Assembly: GCA_937952265.1 (NCBI GenBank)
Contig: CALFYW010000016.1
Span: 334,661 to 398,660 of the forward strand
DNA length: 64,000 nucleotides
Reading direction: 5' to 3'
Source of the DNA: an uncultured bacterium
Lineage (GTDB): Bacteria > Patescibacteriota > Minisyncoccia > Phycocordibacterales > GCA-2401445
Part shown: one piece after another, positions 1 through 10,337 of the stretch
Layout of the letters: every line of letters begins with the position of its first letter
Numbering within the stretch: position 1 is the first letter of the stretch
Translations under genes and position numbers: made by a program
Notes under the pieces: model-generated
What the model was told of the DNA's origin: nothing
Seen by the model: the letters and a program-made list of their open reading frames with translations, nothing else
Databases searched by the model: none

Positions 1-166
1 TTGCGAGAGAGTGGTGTAGGTCTTGCGCGTCAGTATTGATTGAAATAAATTCAACCCCTTTTACTTTCGAAGCAACCATGTGGTTAACCGCATTACCGCC
101 AGAGCCGCCAACCCCGATAACCTTAATGCGTGCGAATGCTTCTACTTCTGGGATAACTTTTTGCAT
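1..166 (-). CDS. ftsZ: Cell division protein FtsZ, N-terminal part (runs off the window start)
   Basis: Manual translation [30 protein letters not shown]...INTDAQDL gives the FtsZ N-terminal signature; lies downstream of ftsA; absent from the ORF track. Confidence 0.96.
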   Translation of the reverse strand, partial: MQKVIPEVEAFARIKVIGVGGSGGNAVNHMVASKVKGVEFISINTDAQDLHHSLA

Positions 167-296
167 AGTCTAAAAATTGTAGGCAACTTTGAGAAAACTG
201 CGATTTCACAGTCTTCGAGCTCACCTATTCGCAACAATAATAACAGAGTAGAAAAATATTGACTACTTGACAGTAATCAAGGAAGTGTTTTGGTTC

Positions 297-1478
297 TTAT
301 GGAAGAAACTGTTTTATCCACTGAACCAAACTTTTTTTAGTGCTTTGAAATAGTTGATTGCTTAGTGATTTTTCTTCTCGCGCGGTAAATCCCCAAATCA
401 CGAGCCCATACGCTACTGACCAGGTTGAATCAATGACATGTCCTTTTCCTCCATTGGGCGCTAGATAAAGTGAGCCAATTTTTGAGGGAAGTCGGAGAGA
501 AGCCTTCGCGAGTTCTTCCACGGTGGTGATCCCTGATCCACCACCGGTAATGACAATTCCTGCAGGAAGGAGGCCGTCACGGCCGATCTTTTTAAGGTGG
601 GCCTCAATAAGCTCAAAAATATCTGATAGGCGAGCAACAATAATTTCTTCTAATTTCTTTTTCGGAACTGAAGCCGCAAGTGTTCCTAGCTTAACCTGCT
701 CCGCTTCTTCTAAAGGAATTTTGAGTCCAAGCGCAATATCGTTCGTAATCGCGGTAGATCCAATAGGGAAAATTTGAAGGGAGATTGGAACATTGTTTTC
801 AAAGACAACCATTGAGACGGTTTCAGCCCCAATATTCGCCAAAAGGCATCCCGCAATTTTTTGTGTTTTTGAAAGTGTTACCAAGCTTGCCGCGATAGGA
901 GAGGCCATTACATCTTCGACTTCAATGCCTGCTGTCTCGATCGCTGTAATTAAATCATGAAGGTGTTGTTCAAGGCAGAGAATAAAAAGAGTCTTTACCT
1001 CAAGACGGGTTCCTTTCATACCGATGGGGCGATTTCCTAAGACATCTTTTCCATCAATACGGTATTGTAAAGGGATCGTATGAAGTATTCGCCGATTTTG
1101 GGATAATGCGCCAGGGAGGTTTTGTTCACTGTCCTCGAGCGCGGCTTCAACGTCGATGTCCGTGATTTGAGAGTCAGCTCGAGAGATAACGGCTTTGCCG
1201 TTTGCAGTGACACTCTCCACGCTTACTCCGCCGACTCCCAAATAAGCTTTTTTTATCTTAATTCCAGAGGCTTTTTCTGCTTGGGCAACTGCTTGAGAAA
1301 TACTGCGCACCGCATCATTTGCATTGATGATGTATCCATGATGAATTCCTTTGGATTCTGCGTATCCAGTGCCTAAAATATGGGGCGCATACCGTTCTCC
1401 ATTCTTAACTCTTTCACCCACGACAACTTTGACGTGATAGGTGCCAATATCAATGCCGACCGCGATGTTTTTTCCCAT
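297..1478 (-). CDS. ftsA: Cell division protein FtsA
   Basis: GIDIGT, ANIGAET, ITNDIA and GIVITGGGS actin-like motifs; likely start MGKNIAV at 1478. Confidence 0.95.
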   Translation of the reverse strand: MGKNIAVGIDIGTYHVKVVVGERVKNGERYAPHILGTGYAESKGIHHGYIINANDAVRSISQAVAQAEKASGIKIKKAYLGVGGVSVESVTANGKAVISRADSQITDIDVEAALEDSEQNLPGALSQNRRILHTIPLQYRIDGKDVLGNRPIGMKGTRLEVKTLFILCLEQHLHDLITAIETAGIEVEDVMASPIAASLVTLSKTQKIAGCLLANIGAETVSMVVFENNVPISLQIFPIGSTAITNDIALGLKIPLEEAEQVKLGTLAASVPKKKLEEIIVARLSDIFELIEAHLKKIGRDGLLPAGIVITGGGSGITTVEELAKASLRLPSKIGSLYLAPNGGKGHVIDSTWSVAYGLVIWGFTAREEKSLSNQLFQSTKKSLVQWIKQFLP

Positions 1479-1552
1479 AGCAATAAAATAAAAAGAGATA
1501 TGCATCGCGCGCATATCTCTTAAGCGTAACACTCGCCGATCTCGAGATGCTT

Positions 1553-1963
1553 TTAAATATGAAAACGCGCTCGCAATCTTTTTTCTTCACGTTCCATTGT
1601 ACTACCGTGGTCCAATCCTTTCAAATGGAGTAATGCGTGGATAAAGAGGTATCCAATGAACGCACGAGCATTCATCTTAAAAAGAGGAGCTTCTTTTGAT
1701 ACACAGTGAAGGTTAATGAAAATTTCACCGCCATTTTTCTCAAGCGGGAAAGCAAGTACATTTGTTGGCTTATCTTTATTCCGATAGGTTCGGTTGAGTG
1801 TGTGGGAGCGAGTGTTCCCAATAAAAACAAGACTCACTATTCCTGAATTACCTAGTACGGCTTCTTTTATTTTCTTGAAGGGGAGTAGGGGAATATGTAT
1901 TCGGGTGGTATTCGTGATTGAGAAAGAGGAACCCGTATGTGTCTTATGATGAGCGGCGAGCAT
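1553..1963 (-). CDS. ybeY: rRNA maturation endoribonuclease YbeY
   Basis: LNRTYRNKDKPTNVLAF and HALLHLKGLDH Zn motif; start uncertain. Confidence 0.92.
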   Translation of the reverse strand: MLAAHHKTHTGSSFSITNTTRIHIPLLPFKKIKEAVLGNSGIVSLVFIGNTRSHTLNRTYRNKDKPTNVLAFPLEKNGGEIFINLHCVSKEAPLFKMNARAFIGYLFIHALLHLKGLDHGSTMEREEKRLRARFHI

Positions 1964-2201
1964 TAGGTCCTCTCTTGGGGGTATATTTACCCAGTTTAAT
2001 GAGCCGAGTGATTTCTTTTTTTCGTTCGATGCCTTTAAGCGCTCGTTTCTTTTGCCCATATTTCGAGGTTGGTCGAGTGCGGTATCTCAAGCGTTTAACG
2101 CGCATTAATACTCCTGATCCTCGGATCCGCTTCGTAAAGCGACGAATCAGGCTGACGTTATTCTCATTATTCATTTTTTCGGCTTCTGCATTTAAGGCCA
2201 T
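1944..2201 (-). CDS. rpsU: 30S ribosomal protein bS21-like
   Basis: Basic 85 aa with an ENNVSLIRRFTKR...SGVL...RY pattern typical of bS21. Confidence 0.75.
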   Translation of the reverse strand: MALNAEAEKMNNENNVSLIRRFTKRIRGSGVLMRVKRLRYRTRPTSKYGQKKRALKGIERKKEITRLIKLGKYTPKRGPNARRSS

Positions 2202-2263
2202 TGTCAGGAAATCCTAGCACATGATTCGTGGTTATTCAAGTCTTCTTGGAATGTGAGAAGACG

Positions 2264-3517
2264 CTAGATTTTTTTATTCCTTTTAAGGAAAGGGATCAGT
2301 GATGCAATAGGAACCACCTCCTGTGAACGTGTCTCCATATTGCGGACGATCACCGTGTGATCCATTGCTTCTCGCTGGCCAATGATAATGGTGTAAGGGA
2401 TTCGCATTCGCTCAGCAACGGAGAGTTGTCCGCTGATACGGTCACGGCTCAGTGTTTGATGCACGGGGATTTGCGCTTCGCGTAAGAGCTCGAGTGTGCG
2501 CAGGCTCGCAAGCTTTGCTTCAAAACCAAGTTGGATAAGAAATATTTTTGGAAGAGCGATTTTCTTTTGAGCACCCTTTTTATCTTTTTTCTTCGATGGT
2601 ATTGGAGCCGTAAGGCAGAGAGAAATTCCCACCGCATTAATTGGTTTTCTGCTTCCCATCTTTCGGGCAAGTTCGTCGTATCTCCCTCCTTGTGCTAACA
2701 GGGTGTCACTTCCTTTGTCTTCATCATTGATTGCCGTTCCGTCGTGAATTTCGAACACTGTTTTTGAATATGAGTCGTCAGCTCCAAGGAGGATGTTGTT
2801 GATTCGGTAAGGGATCTCCATGCTTTCAAGATATTCGAGTACTTGGGTAAAGTGAGTGCGACTCTGTTCATTGAGAAAGTTGATTGGCACGGGTGCGTTC
2901 TCATGCACGGGCGCGCATTTTTCATGCGTGCAGGTCATTACCTTGATAATGTCGCGTCGAATCAAGTCTTTACACGATGGCGTAAGCTCGTGCATGCTTC
3001 GGCGGTAATAGGCGTGGGCTTCTTTAAGGAAACGCACACGCGATTCAGTATCTCCAAGACTATTGATTTCTACGAATAAATTTTTATATCCATGATCTTT
3101 AAGAATAGAAATGGCAACCTGAATGATGATTGCTTCCGCGATGCTCTTTGAGACATGGATGATATCGAGACCGAAAAACCGAAATGAGAGCTTTCCCCCG
3201 CAGACCGCATTATCGTATGAAGGATTATGAAAAAGTAATAATGGAGGAGGAAGCTCGTGCAATGCATCTTCAAGATACACTTTTAAGACACAGAGACGTT
3301 CGGTGTGATACAAGGGCATTTTGCCTCGAGGAAGCACAGGTGCTGTTTTTTTATTTTGTCGTTTAGCTTTCTCTTTTTGATTGATTCGATGTTTTTCGGT
3401 AATTGCCCGAAGGGAATGAAATCCATAGAAAGAAGCAATTTCCGCAGCAGATTTATTAAAGATTTCCTCATTCGGCGTGCGGCTTGTGGTAGTGTGAGGG
3501 CGCGTTCTTTTGTTCAT
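2264..3517 (-). CDS. Histidyl-tRNA synthetase-like protein with degenerate catalytic motifs and an HGTP anticodon-binding domain
   Basis: INSLGD, YSKTVFEI, GGRYD and a C-terminal anticodon domain; motifs 1, 2 and 3 poorly conserved. Confidence 0.8.
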   Translation of the reverse strand: MNKRTRPHTTTSRTPNEEIFNKSAAEIASFYGFHSLRAITEKHRINQKEKAKRQNKKTAPVLPRGKMPLYHTERLCVLKVYLEDALHELPPPLLLFHNPSYDNAVCGGKLSFRFFGLDIIHVSKSIAEAIIIQVAISILKDHGYKNLFVEINSLGDTESRVRFLKEAHAYYRRSMHELTPSCKDLIRRDIIKVMTCTHEKCAPVHENAPVPINFLNEQSRTHFTQVLEYLESMEIPYRINNILLGADDSYSKTVFEIHDGTAINDEDKGSDTLLAQGGRYDELARKMGSRKPINAVGISLCLTAPIPSKKKDKKGAQKKIALPKIFLIQLGFEAKLASLRTLELLREAQIPVHQTLSRDRISGQLSVAERMRIPYTIIIGQREAMDHTVIVRNMETRSQEVVPIASLIPFLKRNKKI

Positions 3518-3520
3518 AGA

Positions 3521-4120
3521 CTATTGATTTTGATTATCATGAGTCGTCCCAGGGAAGAGGGAAAGGGATTCGAGCGGATATAAGCGCAAGAGTGCTCGAC
3601 CAATAATATTCTCTTTTGGAAGAGCTCCCCATCGGCGTGAATCAAAACTCACATCCCGATTATCTCCCATTACGAAATACTCGTTATCCTCTAGCCTCAG
3701 TCGCATCTGCTGATAATCGGTTTTGTTTTCAAGAAGATAGGGCTCTTTGAGTTCGAATCCGTCAGGGTGTTGTTCGTTTTGAATAATGATTCTATTTCTT
3801 TGAACGATAATGGTGTCGCCAGGAACTGCAATAATACGTTTAATAAAGAATTTTTCAGGTTCAAGCGGAAAACGGAAAATTACCACATCACCACGATTGG
3901 GTTCGTAGAGATGATAACCCAGTTGCTCAACTACTAAATAGTCCTGGTCTTGGAATGAGGGTTCCATTGATGCACCATCGACCACAAAAGGAGTAATGAT
4001 GAAAAGTCTGATGGGGATAATAACGGCGAGTGCAAAAATAGTGAATCGAAAAAGATCAATGAAAGAATTTTCTTTTTTGAAAGCCTGTTCATTAGGTGAG
4101 AGACCCTCGTATTCCATCAT
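3521..4120 (-). CDS. lepB: Signal peptidase I
   Basis: GASMEPS (Ser), FIKRII (Lys), GDNRDVSFDSR. Confidence 0.96.
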   Translation of the reverse strand: MMEYEGLSPNEQAFKKENSFIDLFRFTIFALAVIIPIRLFIITPFVVDGASMEPSFQDQDYLVVEQLGYHLYEPNRGDVVIFRFPLEPEKFFIKRIIAVPGDTIIVQRNRIIIQNEQHPDGFELKEPYLLENKTDYQQMRLRLEDNEYFVMGDNRDVSFDSRRWGALPKENIIGRALLRLYPLESLSLFPGTTHDNQNQ

Positions 4121-4207
4121 GATGCGACAATTGTAGTACAGAATAATTAATGGCACAAGATTTTTTGCGTTTCCTTCTGTAGCAGGTACAATAATGTGCA
4201 TAACATT

Positions 4208-4801
4208 ATGGCGGTTTATACGTTTGTTGGATTAGGGAACCCGCAAGATGAGTACGATGGCACTCGTCACAATACGGGGAATATGGCAGTTGAAGCCTTA
4301 CGAAAGGTTTTTGATTTTGAAGACTGGAGTTTAGATAAACGACATGAAAGTCTTGTTTCTCGTGGCGTGTATGAGAAAGAGAAAGTGGTTCTTATGCTTC
4401 CGCAAACTTATATGAATAAATCGGGGAAGGCTGTTGTTGGGTTGGCAGGGAAGCCTTCGTCGCGTGAACGATTGGTGGTAATCCATGATGATCTTGATAT
4501 TCCATTTGGTTCCTTTAAAATTTCATTTGGTAAACATTCTGGCGGGCATCGGGGTGTAGATTCGATCGTGAGAAGTGCTAAATCACGAGATTTCATAAGA
4601 ATACGCATTGGTATTTCTAAAGTGTCCTCCAAAGGCAAGCTACTCAAGCCAAAAGGTGAACAGGCAGTCGAGAAGTGGATATTAGGGGCTTTTACGAAGG
4701 ATGAATTATCAGCATTAAAACGCGTCTTTAAAAAAGTGGGTGAGGCGAGCAAGATGATTATTGAAGAGGGGAGGGGGCAGGCAATGAATCAATTTAATTA
4801 A
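4208..4801 (+). CDS. pth: Peptidyl-tRNA hydrolase
   Basis: GLGNP, TRHNTG, TYMNKSG, HDDLD, GGHRG. Confidence 0.96.
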   Translation: MAVYTFVGLGNPQDEYDGTRHNTGNMAVEALRKVFDFEDWSLDKRHESLVSRGVYEKEKVVLMLPQTYMNKSGKAVVGLAGKPSSRERLVVIHDDLDIPFGSFKISFGKHSGGHRGVDSIVRSAKSRDFIRIRIGISKVSSKGKLLKPKGEQAVEKWILGAFTKDELSALKRVFKKVGEASKMIIEEGRGQAMNQFN

Positions 4802-4829
4802 AATAATAAAAGAGTTATTCGTGCACAAT

Positions 4830-4867
4830 AAAAAAATCGTCCTGAATAATCAGAGGACGATTTTTTT
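4830..4867. terminator. Bidirectional intrinsic terminator between pth and rpsA
   Basis: AAAAAATCGTCCT...AGGACGATTTTTTT inverted repeat between convergent genes. Confidence 0.75.
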
Positions 4868-4908
4868 ATTGATAAGTCAATACTTGAAAGAGGGAAGCGG
4901 GGAAGTGT

Positions 4909-6045
4909 TTATTTTTCGGCGTGTGTTTTCTTACTCTTGGTTGCCGCGGTTACGTATGAGAGTGCCATTTTTTGTTCCTTAGGATCAAAGAGGGTAATCG
5001 TAAATTCGTAAGTTTTTCCAAGTTCAAGTGTTTCTCGTAATTTTTCTTCACTTCCGAATTCTGAAATATGTACCAGCCCCGCAATACCTTCCTCAATACT
5101 CGCGAGCGCACCATGTTTGTTATATTTAATAATCACCCCATTAACGGTGTCATCTTTATGATACTTCTTCTCTGCTCCAAACCATGGATTTGGTTTGAGT
5201 ATCTTGATAGAGAGCGAGATCTTCCCTTCCTTTACCTCAATAATTTTTGCCTGTACTTTGTCGCCAATTTTAAACATGGATCGAGGATTTTCAACCAGCG
5301 ACCAATCAATCTCTGAGATATGTACGAGACCCTCTAATCCTTCATCGATTTTGACAAAGATTCCAAAATCAACAATGCCGGTAATGACTCCATCAACGAC
5401 ATCTCCCACATTAAATCGGTCGACCATTTCCTGGCGGTCTTTTTGTTCAGGGCTTTTTTCAGAGAAAATAAGTTTTCCTTCTTTAGGTGAGGCACCGATA
5501 ATCGTGACTGATAACTTCTCTCCTACGAGCTGTTTTAGTTCCTCGAATATCTTTTCTTTGTCACCATCTTCTACTCTCGGATAATGTTCTGATTTGAGTT
5601 GTGACGCGGGCAAAAAGCCGGTAATACCCTGCCATTCAAGAATAAGCCCGCCCTTATTGGCTTCCTTTACCGAAAGCTCAATAATTGCTTTCTGTTGCAT
5701 GAGGTCTTCAGCCTCTCCCCAAATAATTGCTTGTCGTGCTTCCCGTAATGATAATTCAATATATCCGTCCTCATTCGTAGTGGTATCTACTACCTTTGCC
5801 GCAATGGTGTCATTAACGTTAACACGCTTAATCACCTCACGCGCATTCATAAACTCTTTTCCGTAAATGATACCCGTGCCAAACGGTGTCAGATCAACAA
5901 ATAACGCATTTTTATCAACGGCAATAACTGGACCCTCTACCATATCTCCTTCTGCTGGAGGTGTTGGACTTTCTGCGAGGATCTGCTCCATGAGAGCGGT
6001 ATTTCGCGGGTCTGTGGTTAGAGGATTTTGGACTAATGTATTCAT
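4909..6045 (-). CDS. rpsA: 30S ribosomal protein bS1 (four S1 domains)
   Basis: Repeated S1 motifs GFLPASQL, EGLVHISEI, GLVHISEF. Confidence 0.92.
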   Translation of the reverse strand: MNTLVQNPLTTDPRNTALMEQILAESPTPPAEGDMVEGPVIAVDKNALFVDLTPFGTGIIYGKEFMNAREVIKRVNVNDTIAAKVVDTTTNEDGYIELSLREARQAIIWGEAEDLMQQKAIIELSVKEANKGGLILEWQGITGFLPASQLKSEHYPRVEDGDKEKIFEELKQLVGEKLSVTIIGASPKEGKLIFSEKSPEQKDRQEMVDRFNVGDVVDGVITGIVDFGIFVKIDEGLEGLVHISEIDWSLVENPRSMFKIGDKVQAKIIEVKEGKISLSIKILKPNPWFGAEKKYHKDDTVNGVIIKYNKHGALASIEEGIAGLVHISEFGSEEKLRETLELGKTYEFTITLFDPKEQKMALSYVTAATKSKKTHAEK

Positions 6046-6224
6046 GTAATTTTTTGTATGCTACAAGATCTACGGTTGCTTAAAACGTAAGCGTGCGCAG
6101 GGGTTACCTTGCGAGCATGGTAAATAAGAGTGAATAAGTATACCCAATCTTTTCTAGTTTGTCTATAGGTATACGAGAGTGAATAGACTGTTTTTTCTTC
6201 TGTTTTATGCTATGATGCGCCTTA

Positions 6225-6854
6225 ATGGTGATTACCTATCACGGTGTTGGTTTTGTGAAGGTTCAATTTAGCGATATTACGATCGCGGTGAATCCTATTG
6301 CAAAAGAATCAAAACATAGAAGTCCTAAATTTGGGGCTGATATTGGGATTGTCTCTCTCGACCACCCCGACTGTAATGGTGTTCCCCAGCTTGCCTATGG
6401 GGGGAAGGAACCTTTTTTGATACAAGGTCCGGGTGAGTATGAAGTAAAGGGAGTCTTTATCAAGGGTTTTCCAGGAGTTTCTCATTATGGTGGGAAAGAG
6501 ATCATGAATACCATTTACGCAGTTTCTCTGGAAGGTATGAATCTTTGTTTTCTTGGTGCGCTTGAAGATCCGGCACTTGAAGGAAAAACGAAAGAAGCGC
6601 TTGATGCGGTTGATATTCTGTTTGTCCCTATTGGTGGCGAAGGAGTGCTTTCTTCTCAAGTGGCATATAAGCTGAGTGTTTCGTTGGAGCCTAAGATTAT
6701 TGTTCCGATTTTTTTCGAAGGCAAGAGCGCGCTCGATGCATTTAAGAAAGAGGGTGGAGTAACCACTAGCGAGCCGGTTGAGAAATTAACCGTTAAGCGA
6801 AGAGATCTCGAGAGTAAGGGTGGAGAGATCGTGGTACTTACCTCACTCTCATAA
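6225..6854 (+). CDS. MBL-fold metallo-hydrolase (Lactamase_B_3-like) with a degenerate metal motif
   Basis: GPGEYEVKG, DILFVPIGG, EPKIIVP; the HxHxDH motif appears as SLDHPDC. Confidence 0.8.
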   Translation: MVITYHGVGFVKVQFSDITIAVNPIAKESKHRSPKFGADIGIVSLDHPDCNGVPQLAYGGKEPFLIQGPGEYEVKGVFIKGFPGVSHYGGKEIMNTIYAVSLEGMNLCFLGALEDPALEGKTKEALDAVDILFVPIGGEGVLSSQVAYKLSVSLEPKIIVPIFFEGKSALDAFKKEGGVTTSEPVEKLTVKRRDLESKGGEIVVLTSLS

Positions 6855-6859
6855 CTTCT

Positions 6860-7204
6860 ATGTCTATTATTACCAGACTTCAGCAAGGGTCTGAACAAAA
6901 ACGGCGCATGGTGCATATTGCGCTTACGGTTGTGTTAACCCTTATGGTGTTGGGGATGTGGTTTTTAGCAGAACGGGCATTTTCTAATAACTACTCGTAT
7001 CAGAATGCTTCACCCGGATCGCGACAGGAAGCAGCTGTTTCAGAAAATCGTTTTTTTAACGATGCGAGAGAGGTTTCCCCTTCTCAAGAAACAGGAAAAA
7101 TTTCTACTGCATTTGATCATACTCGCGCGCTCATTGGAGATGCTCAAACTTCAATTAACCGATTGATTGACGCGGTGGTACTTTTCCGCGATCGAGGGCT
7201 CTAG
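6860..7204 (+). CDS. Hypothetical single-pass membrane protein
   Basis: One hydrophobic helix; fills the gap between the MBL gene and gyrA. Confidence 0.6.
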   Translation: MSIITRLQQGSEQKRRMVHIALTVVLTLMVLGMWFLAERAFSNNYSYQNASPGSRQEAAVSENRFFNDAREVSPSQETGKISTAFDHTRALIGDAQTSINRLIDAVVLFRDRGL

Positions 7205-7261
7205 AAGGGCTTCTCAAGCACTTTTATTGTGGTGAAAAGTGTGTTAAAATAAGGGTTATCT

Positions 7262-9730
7262 ATGGCATCACGCAAGCATAACGATTCGCAGGAATCATCT
7301 TCAAATAGACGCGAAGGCGCGGTTATTGCACGCAGTATCACGAGTGAGATGCGGGAATCGTATCTTGATTACGCGATGTCAGTAATTACCTCGCGGGCTC
7401 TCCCAGATGTGCGCGATGGGCTCAAGCCCGTTCAGCGGCGAATTCTCTTTGTGATGCATGAGCTTGGTCTTGCGCATACCGCCAAGTTTCGTAAATGCGC
7501 TAAGATCGCAGGTGATACTTCAGGAAATTACCATCCACATGGTGAGTCAAACGTCTATGGCGCATTGGTAAATTTGGCGCAAGATTTTAGTATGCGGTAC
7601 CCGCTGGTTGCTGGGCAGGGTAACTTTGGTTCGGTTGATGGTGATCCTCCTGCGGCCATGCGTTATACCGAAGCTAAACTTTCTCGTGTCGCGGGAGAAT
7701 TGCTTCGTGATCTCGAAAAGGAGACGGTTGATTGGCGGCCGAACTACGAAGGTACCCGTGAAGAACCCATTGTGCTTCCTGCGGCGGTCCCCAATCTTCT
7801 GCTTAATGGAACGCTTGGTATTGCGGTCGGCATGGCGACTAACATTCCGCCACATAACCTTCGGGAGGTCATTGATGCCACGGTTCATCTGATTGATCAC
7901 CCAAAAGCATCCACTGAGGATCTCTTGAAGTATGTGACAGGGCCTGATTTTCCGACAGGGGGGATGATTTTTAATGAAAAAGACATTCATCACGCGTATG
8001 CAAACGGAAAGGGCGGCGTCGTAATGCGCGGGGCAGCGGATATTAGTGAAGCACGGGGTGGATCTCAAATTGTGATTACTTCCCTTCCATATCGAGTTAA
8101 CAAGGCAGACCTCATTACTACTATTGCAGACTTGGTACGAGATAAAAAAGTTGAGGGAATTAAGGATTTGCGTGATGAGTCGACCCGAGAAATTCGAGTT
8201 GTCATTGATCTCAAACAAACTGCGCATCCCCAGAAAGTATTAAACGCCCTCTATAAGCACACACAACTCGAAGAGACCTTCCATTTTAATATGGTTGGGC
8301 TGGTTGATGACGTGCCACAAACACTTTCGCTCAAATCCCTCCTTGAAGCCTTTATTCGTCATCGGATTGAAGTAATTACAAAACGCACCCAGTTCGATTT
8401 GCGAAAGGCTGAAGATCGAGAGCATATTCTGAGCGGTTTGAAGAAAGCGCTCGATCATATTGATAAGATTATTAAGCTGATTCGAGCCGCAAAGGACGCG
8501 CCTACCGCGCACAAAGAATTGATGAAAGAGTTCCGTTTTTCAGATCGACAAGCAACAGCCATTCTTGAAATGCGTTTGCAAAAACTCGCGGGGCTTGAAC
8601 GAAAGAAGGTTGAAGAAGAGCTTGAGCAGGTTCGCGCATTGATTAAAAAACTCAAGGCAATTCTTGCGAGCGACCGAGAGATTGAGAAAGTGGTGAAAGG
8701 CGAACTTGCCGAAATTAAAGAAAAATATGGGGATGATCGAAAGACTATGGTTATCTCCCATGGAGTAAAACAGATTTCTGATGAAGACTTAATCCCTGAT
8801 GATGAGAGTGTGCTTGTGATGACACAAGGCGGATATGTAAAGCGTACTGACCCAAGCGAGTATCGTATCCAAAAGCGTGGTGGGGTCGGTGTGGTTGATT
8901 TGAATACCAAAGAAGAAGATTTTATCACCCGTATCCTTACTACCAAGACGCATAGCAACTTACTTTTCTTTACCGATCGGGGAAAAGTATATCAGATTAA
9001 GATGTATGAAATTCCGCAAGGGAAACGTACCACCAAAGGTAAATCATTAATGAATTTCCTCGCGCTTTCAGGTGATGAAAAAATTAATTCAGTGGTTGCA
9101 ATGCCTCGTGATGTTCGTAACACCTCATCCTCACTGTTTATGGTAACCGAACGAGGGGTGGTAAAACGAGTCATGGCAAAAAATTTCTTCGATGTTCGAA
9201 GTTCGGGAATTATCGCCATTAAACTCTCTCCCGGAGATCGTCTAATCAACTCACTTTTTGTGGAAGCCTCCGATGATATCATTTTAATTACGAAAAAAGG
9301 GCGATCAATACGCTTTAGTGCTCAGGACGTACGAGATATGGGGCGAAGCGCCGCCGGAGTGCGAGGCATGAATCTTGCCTCAGGAGATACGATTATTGGT
9401 GCTGATGTCATTAAGAAGAGTGTAGGGGATTCAACACTCCTTGTGGTGAGCGAACAAGGCTATGGTAAGCAGACATCTCTTTCTGAGTATAAGGTACAGA
9501 AGCGTGGCGGCTCAGGAATTTTGACCGCAAAGCTCACTTCTAAGACAGGCGCGCTGGTTTCTGGTGAGGTCATTACGGCCGAGTATGCGGAGATCGTCGC
9601 CATGTCAAAGAAAGGACAAGTGATTCGCTTATCCATTAAAGACATTCCATCGCTTGGAAGACAAACCCAAGGTGTGCGAGTAATGCGCTTGCGTGCCCAT
9701 GATCACATCGCTTGTGTTGTGTGTATCTAG
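7262..9730 (+). CDS. gyrA: DNA gyrase subunit A
   Basis: [28 protein letters not shown], GyrA-box QKRGGVG. Confidence 0.98.
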   Translation: MASRKHNDSQESSSNRREGAVIARSITSEMRESYLDYAMSVITSRALPDVRDGLKPVQRRILFVMHELGLAHTAKFRKCAKIAGDTSGNYHPHGESNVYGALVNLAQDFSMRYPLVAGQGNFGSVDGDPPAAMRYTEAKLSRVAGELLRDLEKETVDWRPNYEGTREEPIVLPAAVPNLLLNGTLGIAVGMATNIPPHNLREVIDATVHLIDHPKASTEDLLKYVTGPDFPTGGMIFNEKDIHHAYANGKGGVVMRGAADISEARGGSQIVITSLPYRVNKADLITTIADLVRDKKVEGIKDLRDESTREIRVVIDLKQTAHPQKVLNALYKHTQLEETFHFNMVGLVDDVPQTLSLKSLLEAFIRHRIEVITKRTQFDLRKAEDREHILSGLKKALDHIDKIIKLIRAAKDAPTAHKELMKEFRFSDRQATAILEMRLQKLAGLERKKVEEELEQVRALIKKLKAILASDREIEKVVKGELAEIKEKYGDDRKTMVISHGVKQISDEDLIPDDESVLVMTQGGYVKRTDPSEYRIQKRGGVGVVDLNTKEEDFITRILTTKTHSNLLFFTDRGKVYQIKMYEIPQGKRTTKGKSLMNFLALSGDEKINSVVAMPRDVRNTSSSLFMVTERGVVKRVMAKNFFDVRSSGIIAIKLSPGDRLINSLFVEASDDIILITKKGRSIRFSAQDVRDMGRSAAGVRGMNLASGDTIIGADVIKKSVGDSTLLVVSEQGYGKQTSLSEYKVQKRGGSGILTAKLTSKTGALVSGEVITAEYAEIVAMSKKGQVIRLSIKDIPSLGRQTQGVRVMRLRAHDHIACVVCI

Positions 9731-9803
9731 CTTCTGAAGCCCCCTCTCGCTTCCTGGTGATAAAATTATTTTCATAGCACGGAGTTCGCGATATACTAAT
9801 GGT

Positions 9804-10337
9804 ATGCCATTTGCGCAACCAAGAGATAATATTGCCACATTTGGGCTCGAGCCGGGAATGATCGTGGCTGACCTTGGTGCTGGGTCAGGGTTTTATGCGC
9901 TCGCCGCAGCTCGCGCGGTAGGAGAAACGGGTCGTGTGTATGCGGTTGAAGTGCAGAAGGAGCTTTTAACCCGTATTAAGAATACGGCTTCCAAAGAAGG
10001 GATTTATACCATTGAAGTGATCTGGGGTGATTTGGAAGAAATCGGAGGAAGCAAGCTCCGAGATAATTCGGTTGATCGAGTCATTGTGTCAAATATTTTA
10101 TTTCAGCTCGAAAACCACGAGCTATTTACTCGAGAGGCTTTTCGAATTCTTCGCCCGCATGGCGAGGCGCTCATTGTTGAATGGAGCGGGTCTTTTGGAG
10201 GTGTTGGGCCACGCCCCGAACAAGTAATTGCTGAAGCCGATGCGCGCGCGTTATTTGAACGTAACGGTTTTTCTTTTGTACGGAGCCTTTCAAACCCGGG
10301 TGAGCATCATTATGGATTTATTGTGAAAAAACCATGA
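9804..10337 (+). CDS. Class I SAM-dependent methyltransferase
   Basis: VADLGAGSG motif I; ATGA overlap with the next gene. Confidence 0.9.
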   Translation: MPFAQPRDNIATFGLEPGMIVADLGAGSGFYALAAARAVGETGRVYAVEVQKELLTRIKNTASKEGIYTIEVIWGDLEEIGGSKLRDNSVDRVIVSNILFQLENHELFTREAFRILRPHGEALIVEWSGSFGGVGPRPEQVIAEADARALFERNGFSFVRSLSNPGEHHYGFIVKKP

